This document shows positions 50,566-61,051 of a DNA stretch of 64,000 bases, piece by piece. The notes beneath the pieces are model-generated. The model saw nothing but the letters and a program-made list of their open reading frames with translations, was not told where the DNA came from and did not search any database. The DNA is from Bacteroidota bacterium. Lineage in GTDB: Bacteria; Bacteroidota; Ignavibacteria; UBA10030; UBA8401. The translations under genes were made by a program, and so were the position numbers. The stretch spans positions 548 to 64,547 of the forward strand of contig JBFMFY010000013.1 in assembly GCA_040751955.1 (NCBI GenBank), given 5' to 3'. The stretch's first letter is position 1. Each line of letters begins with the position of its first letter.

Positions 50566-51279
50566 ATGTATCTATCCATCAATATAGACCACATAGCAAC
50601 AATCCGGAATGCACGGGGCGGGACTGAACCTGATCCTGTTGCAGCCGCAGAAATCTGCGAGCGCGCCGGCGCGGACGGCATTGTCGTACACCTGCGTGAA
50701 GATCGGCGTCATATTAAAGACCACGATGTACGAAAATTGCGTGAAACCATCAGGACAAAATTGGATCTTGAGATGGGGGCAAATGAAGATATTATTCTCA
50801 TCGCTCTGGAGGTTGTTCCCGATCTGATCACTCTCGTTCCTGAAAAAAGACAAGAGTTAACAACTGAAGGGGGGCTCGACGTAGTAGCGCAAAAAGAAAA
50901 ACTACGGCGTGTCATCGAGCGATTCCATGAAAAGAAGATTCCGGTAAGTCTCTTTATCCATCCGGAAAAAAACCAGATCGATGCGTCGAAAGAAATCGGT
51001 GCCGATATGATCGAACTACACACAGGCGAATATGCTGATGCTGCCGATGCTGCGAACCAAGATCGATGTTTCAAAAAGATTCAAGAGTCAGCAATTTATG
51101 GAAAGCAGATCGGTTTAGGGGTGAACGCAGGGCACGGATTAAACTACATCAATGTCGTGCGTGTTGCCGCACTCGAGACGATTGACGAAATGAGCATCGG
51201 ACATTCGATTATCTCACGCGCAGCGTTTGTTGGATTGGATCGCGCTGTGAAAGAAATGATATCGCTGGTTAAGAAATAA
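50566..51279 (+). CDS. pdxJ: Pyridoxine 5'-phosphate synthase.
   Basis: MYLSINIDHIATIRNARGG...GADGIVVHLREDRRHI. The ORF track opens at a TTG at 50545; the ATG at 50566 matches the PdxJ N-terminus. Confidence 0.9.
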   Translation: MYLSINIDHIATIRNARGGTEPDPVAAAEICERAGADGIVVHLREDRRHIKDHDVRKLRETIRTKLDLEMGANEDIILIALEVVPDLITLVPEKRQELTTEGGLDVVAQKEKLRRVIERFHEKKIPVSLFIHPEKNQIDASKEIGADMIELHTGEYADAADAANQDRCFKKIQESAIYGKQIGLGVNAGHGLNYINVVRVAALETIDEMSIGHSIISRAAFVGLDRAVKEMISLVKK

Positions 51280-51303
51280 TTTGATTTGTGCGTGAGAAAC
51301 AAA

Positions 51304-51330
51304 AAACCCCTTTTGATGAGGGGCTTTTTA
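51304..51330. terminator. Bidirectional terminator between pdxJ and the nuclease gene.
   Basis: AAAAAACCCCTtttgatgAGGGGCTTTTT. Confidence 0.6.
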
Positions 51331-51331
51331 T

Positions 51332-51940
51332 TTAATCGGTGATTCCCATTTTGCGAATCTCGTCTCTGATCTTTGCCGCCTTCTCATAATCTTCTTTTTC
51401 AATCGCTTCTTTTAATGAAGACTGCAGCTGTTCCAGTTTTGAGGTGAATTGCTTAACGGGAGCTTTCTCCTGTTTCTTTTCCCCCTCTTCTCCTTCTTCT
51501 ACGACCTCCTCATCGTCAGACATAACACCGGCTTCCTGCAGCACTTCTTCTTCAACAAAGATCGGAACACCATACCGCACAGCGAGTGCAATGGCATCGC
51601 TCGGACGGGAATCGATCTCTCGCGTCTCGCTGACACCTTCTACGGAAAGTTTTGCGTAAAACGTTCCGTCTCGAAGTTCATTGATGAATACTTCGTTCAA
51701 CGACACGGCAAATGTATCGATAATGTTCTTCATCAGGTCGTGCGTCAACGGACGGGGGGGCTTCATTCCTTCAAGCTCCAACGCGATGGATTGCGCCTCA
51801 AACGCGCCGATGATGATCGGCAGCTTCCGCTTGCCGTTCGTTTCTTTTAAGATCAACGCGTACGCGCCGGCGCTCGACGGGCTCGTCGATAAACCGAGAA
51901 TATCTACCTGAACTTTCTCCACCTGGTTCTCCTTGTTCAA
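51332..51940 (-). CDS. Bifunctional nuclease (BFN/DUF151) with a C-terminal UVR motif.
   Basis: RPLTHDLMKNII is the BFN core. The C-terminus EDYEKAAKIRDEIRKM is a UvrB/C-like motif. Confidence 0.7.
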   Translation of the reverse strand: MNKENQVEKVQVDILGLSTSPSSAGAYALILKETNGKRKLPIIIGAFEAQSIALELEGMKPPRPLTHDLMKNIIDTFAVSLNEVFINELRDGTFYAKLSVEGVSETREIDSRPSDAIALAVRYGVPIFVEEEVLQEAGVMSDDEEVVEEGEEGEKKQEKAPVKQFTSKLEQLQSSLKEAIEKEDYEKAAKIRDEIRKMGITD

Positions 51941-51987
51941 CTTATTGCGAGTATATCAAATTCTTTCGCCAGCCGCAAGAACTTGCG

Positions 51988-52962
51988 TCACTTTCCAAGC
52001 AGCTTCTTAATTTCCGTTGTTAATGCCGGAACGACTTCAAATGCATCACCGACAATTCCATAATCTGCAACTGTAAAGATCGGTGCATCTTTATCTTTGT
52101 TGATCGCAACAATGTATTTGGAAGACGACATCCCGGCGAGATGCTGCACCGCGCCGGAAATTGCCACTGCAACGTACAATGACGGCGAGACAGTTTTGCC
52201 GGTTTGTCCCACCTGTTCGTCGTGCGGCCTCCATCCTGCATCCACCACGGCGCGCGATGCGCCGACGGCGGCATTTAATGACCCTGCAAGATCTTCAATC
52301 AATTTGAAATTCTCCGGACCTTTCAATCCGCGCCCGCCGGAGACTATGATGTCGGCTTCAGCCACATCTTTTTTGCCGCTTGATTGTCTTACTTCTTTCA
52401 CTGCAACGGAAAAATCATCATCGTTCAATCCAACTTTTTTTGCTTCTATCGCCGCTGTTGCCCCGCTTGGGTTCCCTGCCGTAAAGACATTGGGACGAAG
52501 CGAAAAGATTTTTGTTTGAGTTTTGATAGCAACATCCACCAATCCTTTACCTGCATAAACAGGACGGGTCGCTGTAATTGTTCCACCGTTGACACTCAGT
52601 GCTGTACAATCAACTGCAAGCCCGGCATTCAGTTTAACCGCAACACGCGGGGCGACATCTTTTCCCATTGCGCTTGCGGGAAGCAGGAGAACTTCGGCAG
52701 ATTCCGTTTTTGCAATATCTGCTATTACCTTTGCATACGCAGTTGTTGAATAGAGTTCGAGCTTTGCATCTTCAACAACAACTACTTTCGAAGCTCCGTA
52801 TCCCCCAAGTTGACCTGCAATCGATGTTATATTATTCCCCACGACTAATGCCACCACTTCCGCATGAAGTTGATCGGCGACCGTCTTTGCCGCCTTCACT
52901 ACTTCAAACGCCACCTTTTTGAATTGACCGTTCCGTTGTTCTGCAAATGCTAAAATTTTCAT
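51988..52962 (-). CDS. etfA: Electron transfer flavoprotein alpha subunit.
   Basis: MKILAFAEQRNGQ N-terminus. FAD-binding motifs VSGGRGLKGPENF and ISGAVQHLAGM. Confidence 0.85.
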   Translation of the reverse strand: MKILAFAEQRNGQFKKVAFEVVKAAKTVADQLHAEVVALVVGNNITSIAGQLGGYGASKVVVVEDAKLELYSTTAYAKVIADIAKTESAEVLLLPASAMGKDVAPRVAVKLNAGLAVDCTALSVNGGTITATRPVYAGKGLVDVAIKTQTKIFSLRPNVFTAGNPSGATAAIEAKKVGLNDDDFSVAVKEVRQSSGKKDVAEADIIVSGGRGLKGPENFKLIEDLAGSLNAAVGASRAVVDAGWRPHDEQVGQTGKTVSPSLYVAVAISGAVQHLAGMSSSKYIVAINKDKDAPIFTVADYGIVGDAFEVVPALTTEIKKLLGK

Positions 52963-52976
52963 AGTGTCGGTATCCT

Positions 52977-53723
52977 TCAAATTACTTTTGCTTCTTCATG
53001 TAACAAACGAACCAGTTCAGCAGCAGCCGATGCATCGGTGCCGACAATTTTTCCTGATGCTTTTGCCGGGGGATTGCGCATTGCACTCACCTCAACCCGG
53101 ATTTCAGCCGCTGATGCCGGTTTTTCTTCGATCGGCTTTCTCTTTGCATCCATGATGCCTTTAAGCGAAGGATACCGAGGCTCGTTCAATCCTTTTTGCG
53201 CCATAATCACTGCGGGGAGCTTTGCATGAACGATCTCGTGTCCTCCTTCAATCTCCCGTTCCGCAATGATATTACCATCCTTAATTTCTAATTTCACAAC
53301 AACTGAAACAGAGGACCATCCGAGCAGTTCCGCCACCAAGCCGCCGACCTGTGCATCGTCATAATCGATTGATTGCTTCCCGCCGAAGATGATTTCTGCG
53401 CCGTACTCCTTTGCGTACTCTGCAAGCGATTGTGCAACTGCAAACGAATCGCGCACGGCACTGTCTTTCAACAGCACAGCTTTGTCACATCCCATGGCAA
53501 GTGCTTTGCGAAGTGTCTCTTTGTTCGCTTCCCCGCCGAGCGATACGACAACGACTTCACCGCCGAACGATTGTCTCGTTTTGAGCGCCTCTTCCACAGC
53601 AAATTCATCGTACGGATTCAACATGTAATTGACCCCCGCGGGATCGATTAATTTGCCGTCGGCTCCGATTTTCACTTTTGTTTCAGTGTCGGGAACATGG
53701 TTAACAAATACAAGAATCTTCAT
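52977..53723 (-). CDS. etfB: Electron transfer flavoprotein beta subunit.
   Basis: MKILVFVNHVPDTETKVKI... is the canonical EtfB sequence. Confidence 0.85.
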   Translation of the reverse strand: MKILVFVNHVPDTETKVKIGADGKLIDPAGVNYMLNPYDEFAVEEALKTRQSFGGEVVVVSLGGEANKETLRKALAMGCDKAVLLKDSAVRDSFAVAQSLAEYAKEYGAEIIFGGKQSIDYDDAQVGGLVAELLGWSSVSVVVKLEIKDGNIIAEREIEGGHEIVHAKLPAVIMAQKGLNEPRYPSLKGIMDAKRKPIEEKPASAAEIRVEVSAMRNPPAKASGKIVGTDASAAAELVRLLHEEAKVI

Positions 53724-53778
53724 TGAACTCCTAAATATTTTAGATTTTCCAAATCTGTAAGAATCGGAAAATCTTCAT

Positions 53779-54852
53779 TCATAAATACTTTTTCAGCGCA
53801 GTTAAGAACGCTCTGTTTTCGGCTTCGGTGCCGGCATTAACGCGCAAGGTGTTGTTCAGCATCGGGTAGGAACTGACATCACGGATAAGCACGTTCTCGG
53901 AAAGCAGGTTCTCAAACAGCGCTTTTGCCCCATTCTTTACTGTAAAGATAAGGAAATTTGTCTGTGAAGGAAACACTTTGATTGTATTGATTTGATTAAG
54001 ATTTTCGAATAAAAATTGTTTCTGTTTCTTAATATACGTGATTCGTTCGTTGATCAATTCGCTGTGCTGCATCAATTTTATTGCAACAGATGCCGAAAAA
54101 TTATTTACCGTGAACGGAATCTTCGGCTTCAACAATTCCGAGCAAAGGTCGGGTTGTGCGAGTAGGTAACCGATACGGAGTCCAGCAAGTGAGAATGCTT
54201 TCGAAAATGTCCGCAGAATAATAAGCCGGTCGTACTTTTGCAGCAATGGAAAGACAGATGGCATTTCTGCAAATTCAATGTACGCTTCGTCAACCAGTAC
54301 GATTGAATCTGTTTCAGTTATAATTTTTTCAACATCGCCCAGGGAAAGCATCTGTCCGGTGGGGCTGTTGGGAGAATTAAGAATGATAAGTGCCGGATGC
54401 TCTTTCTTTGCGGTCGATATGATACCATCGACATGAAACGATAGATCATCATTCGCAGGAACGGAAATGAGATGGCCTTCAAGCACTCGGACGATCTTTT
54501 CGTACAGAAAAAATGTCGGTGCCGGGATCAATACTTTTGTCCCGCTCCCGACAATCGCCATCAACACAGTGTACATCAGTTCGTTCGATCCGTTAGCGGC
54601 GATGATACTTTCTCTCGGGATGCTGGTGTATTTCGACAACGCTTCAATAAGGTGTCCCGGAAAGACGTCGGGGTATCGATTCCACGGCTGTGAGTAAAAT
54701 TCATCAAGCAATTCACGCTTTAATTCATTCGGCAGATCGAACGGATTTTCATTTTGATTCAACTTGATCAGATCAGGAGAAAGCGGTTTGCTTTTCACGG
54801 AATATGCATCTAGATGTTGAACTGATGGTTTTATATATTTTAAAAACGACAT
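53779..54852 (-). CDS. hisC: Histidinol-phosphate aminotransferase.
   Basis: LNQNENPF and a K-containing TFSKAFSLAGLRIGY segment. Confidence 0.85.
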   Translation of the reverse strand: MSFLKYIKPSVQHLDAYSVKSKPLSPDLIKLNQNENPFDLPNELKRELLDEFYSQPWNRYPDVFPGHLIEALSKYTSIPRESIIAANGSNELMYTVLMAIVGSGTKVLIPAPTFFLYEKIVRVLEGHLISVPANDDLSFHVDGIISTAKKEHPALIILNSPNSPTGQMLSLGDVEKIITETDSIVLVDEAYIEFAEMPSVFPLLQKYDRLIILRTFSKAFSLAGLRIGYLLAQPDLCSELLKPKIPFTVNNFSASVAIKLMQHSELINERITYIKKQKQFLFENLNQINTIKVFPSQTNFLIFTVKNGAKALFENLLSENVLIRDVSSYPMLNNTLRVNAGTEAENRAFLTALKKYL

Positions 54853-56135
54853 TACTTTTTATTCTTCCTTAGTTGTAAGGATAGCGCATGCGCCGTCAAT
54901 CCCTCTCGCTCTGCAAACAGTGCAACATCGTTTGCAACTTCTTCCATCCGTCTTTGCGAATAGCGGATCACGCTGGATTTTTTTATAAAATCGTCCACTG
55001 ATAGTGGTGATGAAAATCGTGCCGTGCGTTCAGTCGGCAATACGTGATTCGGTCCGGCAAAATAATCACCGACGGCAACAGGTGAATAGTTGCCGAGAAA
55101 AATCGAGCCTGCATGGCGGATCTGTTTTAAGACCGATTCATTGTTTGTTGTTATTAATTCAAGATGTTCGGGAGCGAGCTCGTTCGTAACAGCGATGCCC
55201 TGTTGAAGTGAAGCAACGATATACATTTGCCCCCGGTTCTTTAACGAAAGTGCAAGAATATTTTTCCGTGGCAGTGCATCAAAAAGCCGTCTTACCTCAG
55301 CATTTACTTTGAGTGCCAACGATCGGCTCGGAGTAACCAAAATTGGAACGGCGCGTTCATCATGCTCTGCCTGTGCCAGTAAATCGGAAGCAACAAATGT
55401 CGGATCGGCAGAGTTATCGGCAAGGATCACCACTTCGCTTGGTCCGGCAAAATTGTCGATGCCGACTTTTCCGTACACCAACCGTTTGGCGGTAGCGACA
55501 AAAATATTTCCAGGACCCACAATTTTATCGACGGCAGGAATGGTTTCCGTTCCGTATGCAAGCGCTGCAATTGCCTGTGCTCCGCCGACACGATAGATAT
55601 TTTTTATTCCTAAAATTCCTGCCGCAGCCAGTACATCCTGATTTACATTTCCATTGTTATGCGGCGGTGAAACGAGGTGAATTTTTTTTACTCCCGCAAC
55701 TTGCGCGGGGATAACATTCATGAGTACCGTTGAAGGATACGCCGCTTTGCCGCCCGGAACGTACACACCGACACGCTCGATGGGACGGAAAATTTGCCGC
55801 AGTTCAGAGCCGCCGCTCACTTTCAATGTAAACGGCTTTCGTAATTGCTGTTGATGGAATTTCCGAATGTTCGATGCCGCCTGCCTCAACACCGAAAGAA
55901 ATTTCTTGTCGGCACTTTTTACCGCATTTCGGATTTCACTTTGAGAAACTGCAAGTGATGACAGCACAATTCCGTCGTATTTTTTTTCGAATGCAAATAG
56001 CGCATCATCACCATTTTTTTTAACGGCGTTAATGATGGCTGTTACTGTTTTCTCAATTGCTGCGGTCTTCTTCTGCTCGGTTGGAGAATGAAGGACAAAA
56101 GATTTTTTCGGGCGAAGATCAATTATTTTCATCAT
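54852..56135 (-). CDS. hisD: Histidinol dehydrogenase.
   Basis: HisD motifs (GGAQAIAALAYGTE, AQAEHDE). The likely start is MMKIIDL; the ORF track opens earlier at 56246. Confidence 0.85.
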   Translation of the reverse strand: MMKIIDLRPKKSFVLHSPTEQKKTAAIEKTVTAIINAVKKNGDDALFAFEKKYDGIVLSSLAVSQSEIRNAVKSADKKFLSVLRQAASNIRKFHQQQLRKPFTLKVSGGSELRQIFRPIERVGVYVPGGKAAYPSTVLMNVIPAQVAGVKKIHLVSPPHNNGNVNQDVLAAAGILGIKNIYRVGGAQAIAALAYGTETIPAVDKIVGPGNIFVATAKRLVYGKVGIDNFAGPSEVVILADNSADPTFVASDLLAQAEHDERAVPILVTPSRSLALKVNAEVRRLFDALPRKNILALSLKNRGQMYIVASLQQGIAVTNELAPEHLELITTNNESVLKQIRHAGSIFLGNYSPVAVGDYFAGPNHVLPTERTARFSSPLSVDDFIKKSSVIRYSQRRMEEVANDVALFAEREGLTAHALSLQLRKNKK

Positions 56136-56208
56136 ATCTCTTACAATATAACAAAAAAGGAAACCCTTTTCTTGGTTTCCTTTCTGTTTTCGTCTGAAAT
56201 GTGACTTT

Positions 56209-56763
56209 CTATTTCTTTGCCAGTAACTTCTCAATCTTACCGACAATTTCCGGTGCGTCCGGTTTTATTTTGTGAACAAACCTTGCAACAACATTGCCGT
56301 TTTTATCAACTAAAAACTTTGTAAAATTCCAACCGATATCTCCTTTGAAATCGGTTTCCGTCGTCAGATATTTATACAATGGATGGATGCCGTCTCCCAA
56401 CACATCTATCTTTGAAAAGAGATCAAACGTTACTCCGTAGTTCCTTTCACAAAATGTTTTAATATCGGCATCACTTCCCGGCTCCTGTTTCCCGAAATCG
56501 TTCGCCGGAAACCCTGCAATAACAAACCCCTGATCTTTATATTTCTTGTAGATAGCTTCCAATTCCTTGTACTGGGGTGTGTAGCCGCAAAAAGATGCGA
56601 CATTCACGACCATGACCACCTTCCCCTTGTATTCGCCAAGAGATTTTTCTTTGCCGTCGATGGTCTTCATGGTAAAATTATAAAATGGAGGCATTCCATT
56701 CTCCTTCTTTGTTTGCGCAGTCATCACTGCTGCAATAAACAACATCAAAATGATCCGTCTCAT
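56209..56763 (-). CDS. Glutathione peroxidase-family protein (BtuE-like), secreted.
   Basis: VVMVVNVASFCGYTPQY, FPANDFGKQEP. Signal peptide from MRRIILMLFIAAV. Confidence 0.8.
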   Translation of the reverse strand: MRRIILMLFIAAVMTAQTKKENGMPPFYNFTMKTIDGKEKSLGEYKGKVVMVVNVASFCGYTPQYKELEAIYKKYKDQGFVIAGFPANDFGKQEPGSDADIKTFCERNYGVTFDLFSKIDVLGDGIHPLYKYLTTETDFKGDIGWNFTKFLVDKNGNVVARFVHKIKPDAPEIVGKIEKLLAKK

Positions 56764-57362
56764 ACTTTTTCCTTTGATTGATCTCAATTTACGGACACAT
56801 GATATAACATCAAAATGGAATTATTTTTTTCATTTGGCAAGAAGGATTTTTATGTTATAAGGGGATATTAAAATGAAAAAGCCAGGAATTTATACTTTAC
56901 AAACAATAGCACGATGATAACACTGGACAGGTTCTGTTCAAATAACAAAAGCTAATAAAGCAAAACATCGAAACCATATAAAAAGAAGAAAAAACCGCGC
57001 CGCCAAGTAAGCGTGTCCTGCACAAACAACGTCAACTTGGGGTTGCAAAAAAATTTCACAAGGACTTTAAACATTCAGAAGGAAGTAAGTAGTAAAGATT
57101 GAAGGTGAGTTGGCGTTGCAGATCCATCAAAAAATTTCTGAATTTTTGAGTATTTCGTATCAGACAATAGATTTCGATTCTCGTCAATTACACATTAACA
57201 TTAACAATGCAACAAGAATTTGGTCGAGTGGGCTGACTCCTCTATGTTTACTAAATGAATGGGTTGAAATCATCTGTAGATACCAACGAATTGCAGATAC
57301 TTTGAGTCATCTGACACCTTCTATTGTTTAGAAAGTTAATAATGTTTCAGATGATATTCTAA

Positions 57363-58805
57363 CTAATACACAGTAACTCTGTCAAGGTTATTTGTTTTCA
57401 CCTTCAATGCGTTAACAACATCACCTATGATAATAACTCCCGGCGCTTCGGTTTTTGCAGTTTGTATATTCTTAGCAATTGTCGAAAGCGTTCCTTCAAC
57501 TACAATCTGTTTTACAGTCGTCCCGCCGTAAATGACTGCAACCGATGTTTCTCCATCTCGTCCGCACTCAATTAACCTCGCAGAAATTACAGGCAGATTT
57601 CTTATCCCCATGTAAATAACTATGGTATCGATTGCAGCAACATTTTTCCAGTCAACGCTCTTTCCCTTATTGGATATTTCACTGCCGGTAATAAATACGA
57701 CACTGGATGCGATGCCGCGATGTGTTAACGGAATTCCGAGTGAAGAAGCAATCCCAATTCCTGCGGTAATTCCCGGAATAATCTCCACATCAATTCCTTC
57801 TTCGCACAACGATAATAATTCTTCCCCACCTCGCCCAAATACGAATGGATCGCCACCTTTAAGTCGAACAACATTTTTTCCTTCTTTCGCTTTAGTAATG
57901 AGGATATGATTGATTTCTTCTTGAAGGACAAAATGCCCTCCAGAACGTTTACCAACAAATATTTTTTCGCAATCATGTTTTGCAGAAGAAAGAAGTTCCG
58001 AATTGACAAGTGCATCGTACGCAATTACATCCGCTTGATGAATTGCATGAAGACCTTTGACTGAGATTAAATCGGGATCGCCCGGACCAGCACCAACGAG
58101 GAGGACTTTGCCGGTTTTGCTTGTCATCGCGAGTCCCGATTTCATCGGGACGAAGCGACCTCCTGCCGCCTTACTCGCGGGAGATTGCTTCGTTTTAACT
58201 TTGTTGGAACTCGCAATCACACTATTTAACTGTAGTTTCTTCAATTCATCATCAACAATTTTCACCAGCACTTCTTTTCGCTTTTCTGATTCTGCGTATG
58301 CAGAATGAACATACGGACGAATCTCGCCAAGTGTATCAAGCAGTTCGGGATATCCTTTACCAAATTCCTTCGCAATTCTGTCTCGGATTATTTTACCAAG
58401 TGTGGGACTTTTCCCGTTTGTCGAAACAGCAACTTTCAAATCGCCATTTTGAAAAATAGAAGCAAGATAGAAATTGCACAAGTCAGGAACATCAACTACA
58501 TTCACGGGAATATTGTGAGAACCTGCATCGTCAAAAATTTCTTTGTGCACCACAGGATTGTTTGTTGAAGCAAAAACAAGAACGAATCCTTCAACATCTC
58601 CTTTTCTGTATTCTCTTTGTTGAACGGAAATTCTTCCCTTTGCGGATAATTTTTCAAGACGGTGCGTCAACTTCGGGGCAACAACTGTTATACTTGCATT
58701 TACTTCCAGCAATCCCATTACCTTTTGTTCAGCAATTTTTCCTCCGCCGACAACAAGCACCGGTTTACTTTTTAATCTGAGGAAAATAGGATAGAGTATA
58801 TTCAT
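57363..58805 (-). CDS. cysG: Siroheme synthase: precorrin-2 dehydrogenase/ferrochelatase domain plus uroporphyrinogen-III C-methyltransferase.
   Basis: N-terminal LVVGGGKIAEQK Rossmann. C-terminal LVGAGPGDPDLISVKG methyltransferase motif. Confidence 0.85.
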   Translation of the reverse strand: MNILYPIFLRLKSKPVLVVGGGKIAEQKVMGLLEVNASITVVAPKLTHRLEKLSAKGRISVQQREYRKGDVEGFVLVFASTNNPVVHKEIFDDAGSHNIPVNVVDVPDLCNFYLASIFQNGDLKVAVSTNGKSPTLGKIIRDRIAKEFGKGYPELLDTLGEIRPYVHSAYAESEKRKEVLVKIVDDELKKLQLNSVIASSNKVKTKQSPASKAAGGRFVPMKSGLAMTSKTGKVLLVGAGPGDPDLISVKGLHAIHQADVIAYDALVNSELLSSAKHDCEKIFVGKRSGGHFVLQEEINHILITKAKEGKNVVRLKGGDPFVFGRGGEELLSLCEEGIDVEIIPGITAGIGIASSLGIPLTHRGIASSVVFITGSEISNKGKSVDWKNVAAIDTIVIYMGIRNLPVISARLIECGRDGETSVAVIYGGTTVKQIVVEGTLSTIAKNIQTAKTEAPGVIIIGDVVNALKVKTNNLDRVTVY

Positions 58806-58850
58806 TACATTTTCAATTTTTGGTTCCTAAATCACGCACAGAAAGTTCCA

Positions 58851-60974
58851 TTACGCCACAGCAGCTTCCTGCTTTTTAACATAACTATTTTTTATTGATC
58901 TCATAAATTCCTCTGCATCCTTCAAATAGAGTTCAGCAAATTCTTTTGTTGGTTTATTTTTATTGATACGCAGGACAAAATCTTTAAAACCGTCCGGAAA
59001 TTGAAATTCCTCCGCAAAGTGTTCTTCAAAATCAGAAAGAATTTTCATTTGCGTGTTAACAATGACATCTTTTTTCAGCAGCATAGCTTTTGCGCTGTTT
59101 ACAAACACATTGTAACTGTGGTAAATAGCATCAGCAAAGCGATGCGCCTCGTATGTTTCTTTTGCCCACTGCAGCTTCTCTTCGGTTTCAAAGAGCAGCG
59201 TGGCAACAAGATCAATTATTACTCCGGCGCATTCGCCCACCTCAGTTTTTAATTTAAACTGATCCCCATGTCCCCAATCAATGAAATCATTCGGAACAAG
59301 ATTCGTCAAATCGGCAAATGGTTTCAACAAATTGTAAAAATACTCTTTCCCTTTACGCTGATAGTATTGCTCGTAATACTCGCCTTCATTCTGATGTTCA
59401 AAGTAATCATCCAGGAGCAACCGCAGGCAATCCGGTCCGCGTTTCGATGGAATTTTTATCACTTTCTCAGAAAGGACTCCGTCGCCCTTTCCCAATCTTC
59501 CGCCGCCAAGTACAACTTGCAGCGCGGGAAGCGAATTTTTTCCCACGCGGAATGAACTGCCATGAAACCCAATGCTTGCCAATCCATGCTGACCGCATGA
59601 GTTCGGGCAACCGCTGATTTTAATTTTGATATTATTGTTGTAAATCAGATCGGGATATTCCTGCGCGATGACTTTTTCATATTCAAGTGAGATGTTTGTG
59701 CTGTCGGAAATTCCAAGATTGCATGTATCCGTTCCCGGGCATGCGGTAATGTCATTGGTGCTGTCAAAGCCCGCTTCCGCAAGACCGATTTCATTCAACG
59801 AGTGAAAGAGCGCGGAAAGATTCTCCTGCCTCACGAACTTCAGCAAGTATCCCTGATTCACAGTCACGCGAATATCATCTGCCGCAAACAACCGGGCGAT
59901 TTCCGCAAAGAGTCGTGCTTTTTTCGCTGGCAAATTTCCAAGCGGCACGCGGACATAAACGCCGTAAAATCCCTTTTGCTTTTGCTCAAAGACATTTGTT
60001 GCGCGCCAACGTTCAAAAGAGGCAGACTCCACCTCATAGCGAAAGATGGGCTCCACTTTAAAGGTGGAGTCCATCTGTACTGCTGGTACAATATCTCTGT
60101 CAACCCAGTACTCTTTTACCTGCAGCGCTGTCCATTCTTCTTCAATCAGCCGCTGCATTTCATCGTAACCGATTTTTTCCAGCAAGAATTTCATTCGGGC
60201 TTTTGACCGGTTCTTCCGTTCGCCGTACCGATCAAACACACGAAGAATTGCTTCGGCATACGGAAGGATAAGTTGTTCCTCAAGAAATTCAAAAGCGGTT
60301 ACCGCAAGCATCGGCTGTGAACCGAGTCCGCCTCCAATCAGGACTTTAAATCCGCGAATTTCTTTTTCACCTTCAAATTTTATCTTGGGAATGAATCCAA
60401 TGTCATGAATGAATGCAAATGCTGTGTCATCATCACTGGATGAAAATGCAATTTTAAATTTCCGTCCAAGTTCCTGGCAAATTGGATTGCGGAGAAAATA
60501 TTCGAAGAACGAAAACGCGTACGGCGAAACGTCGAACGGCTCTTTCGGATCAATTCCCGCTGTTGCTGATGCAGTGATGTTACGAACTGTGTTTCCGCAT
60601 GCTTCGCGCAGTGTTATGTCCTCTTGTTCTAACTGCGTCCACAATTCCGGTGTTCTATCCAGACTGACATAATGAATTTGAATATCCTGCCGGGTTGTAG
60701 CGTGCAGATTTCCATTGCCGTATTCTTCTGCAATATCGGCAATGGTGAGCAGCTGCTTCACTGTCATTCTGCCAAACGGAATTTTAATTCGCACCATTTG
60801 CACGCCGGGTTGGCGCTGGCCGTAAATACCACGCACAAGACGGAGTGAGCGAAATTTATCCTCATCAATTTTCCCTTCGCGATACAGCCGAATCTTTTTT
60901 TCGAGATCAATGATATCTTTTTCGACTATTGGCTTGTGAAGATTTTCGAGTTCAGTTCTGAAACTTTGCATATG
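58851..60974 (-). CDS. sir: Assimilatory sulfite/nitrite reductase hemoprotein (siroheme 4Fe-4S) with a C-terminal extension.
   Basis: ACPGTDTCNLG and SGCPNSCGQH cluster motifs. Start taken at MQSFRTELE, preceded by AAAAGGTGAGC. Confidence 0.8.
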   Translation of the reverse strand, partial: HMQSFRTELENLHKPIVEKDIIDLEKKIRLYREGKIDEDKFRSLRLVRGIYGQRQPGVQMVRIKIPFGRMTVKQLLTIADIAEEYGNGNLHATTRQDIQIHYVSLDRTPELWTQLEQEDITLREACGNTVRNITASATAGIDPKEPFDVSPYAFSFFEYFLRNPICQELGRKFKIAFSSSDDDTAFAFIHDIGFIPKIKFEGEKEIRGFKVLIGGGLGSQPMLAVTAFEFLEEQLILPYAEAILRVFDRYGERKNRSKARMKFLLEKIGYDEMQRLIEEEWTALQVKEYWVDRDIVPAVQMDSTFKVEPIFRYEVESASFERWRATNVFEQKQKGFYGVYVRVPLGNLPAKKARLFAEIARLFAADDIRVTVNQGYLLKFVRQENLSALFHSLNEIGLAEAGFDSTNDITACPGTDTCNLGISDSTNISLEYEKVIAQEYPDLIYNNNIKIKISGCPNSCGQHGLASIGFHGSSFRVGKNSLPALQVVLGGGRLGKGDGVLSEKVIKIPSKRGPDCLRLLLDDYFEHQNEGEYYEQYYQRKGKEYFYNLLKPFADLTNLVPNDFIDWGHGDQFKLKTEVGECAGVIIDLVATLLFETEEKLQWAKETYEAHRFADAIYHSYNVFVNSAKAMLLKKDVIVNTQMKILSDFEEHFAEEFQFPDGFKDFVLRINKNKPTKEFAELYLKDAEEFMRSIKNSYVKKQEAAVA

Positions 60975-61051
60975 CTCACCTTTTTGAAACTGCAGGAACT
61001 GGTGAAAATCCGTTCCTAATACGCGGATTTTCATCCGCACCGACAAAAACA

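Noticed and set aside
57110-57331. 73-aa ORF in the AT-rich spacer
   Set aside because: It has low-complexity N- and I-rich composition and no RBS, and it sits in an AT-rich non-coding region. It is kept only as part of the intergenic finding.
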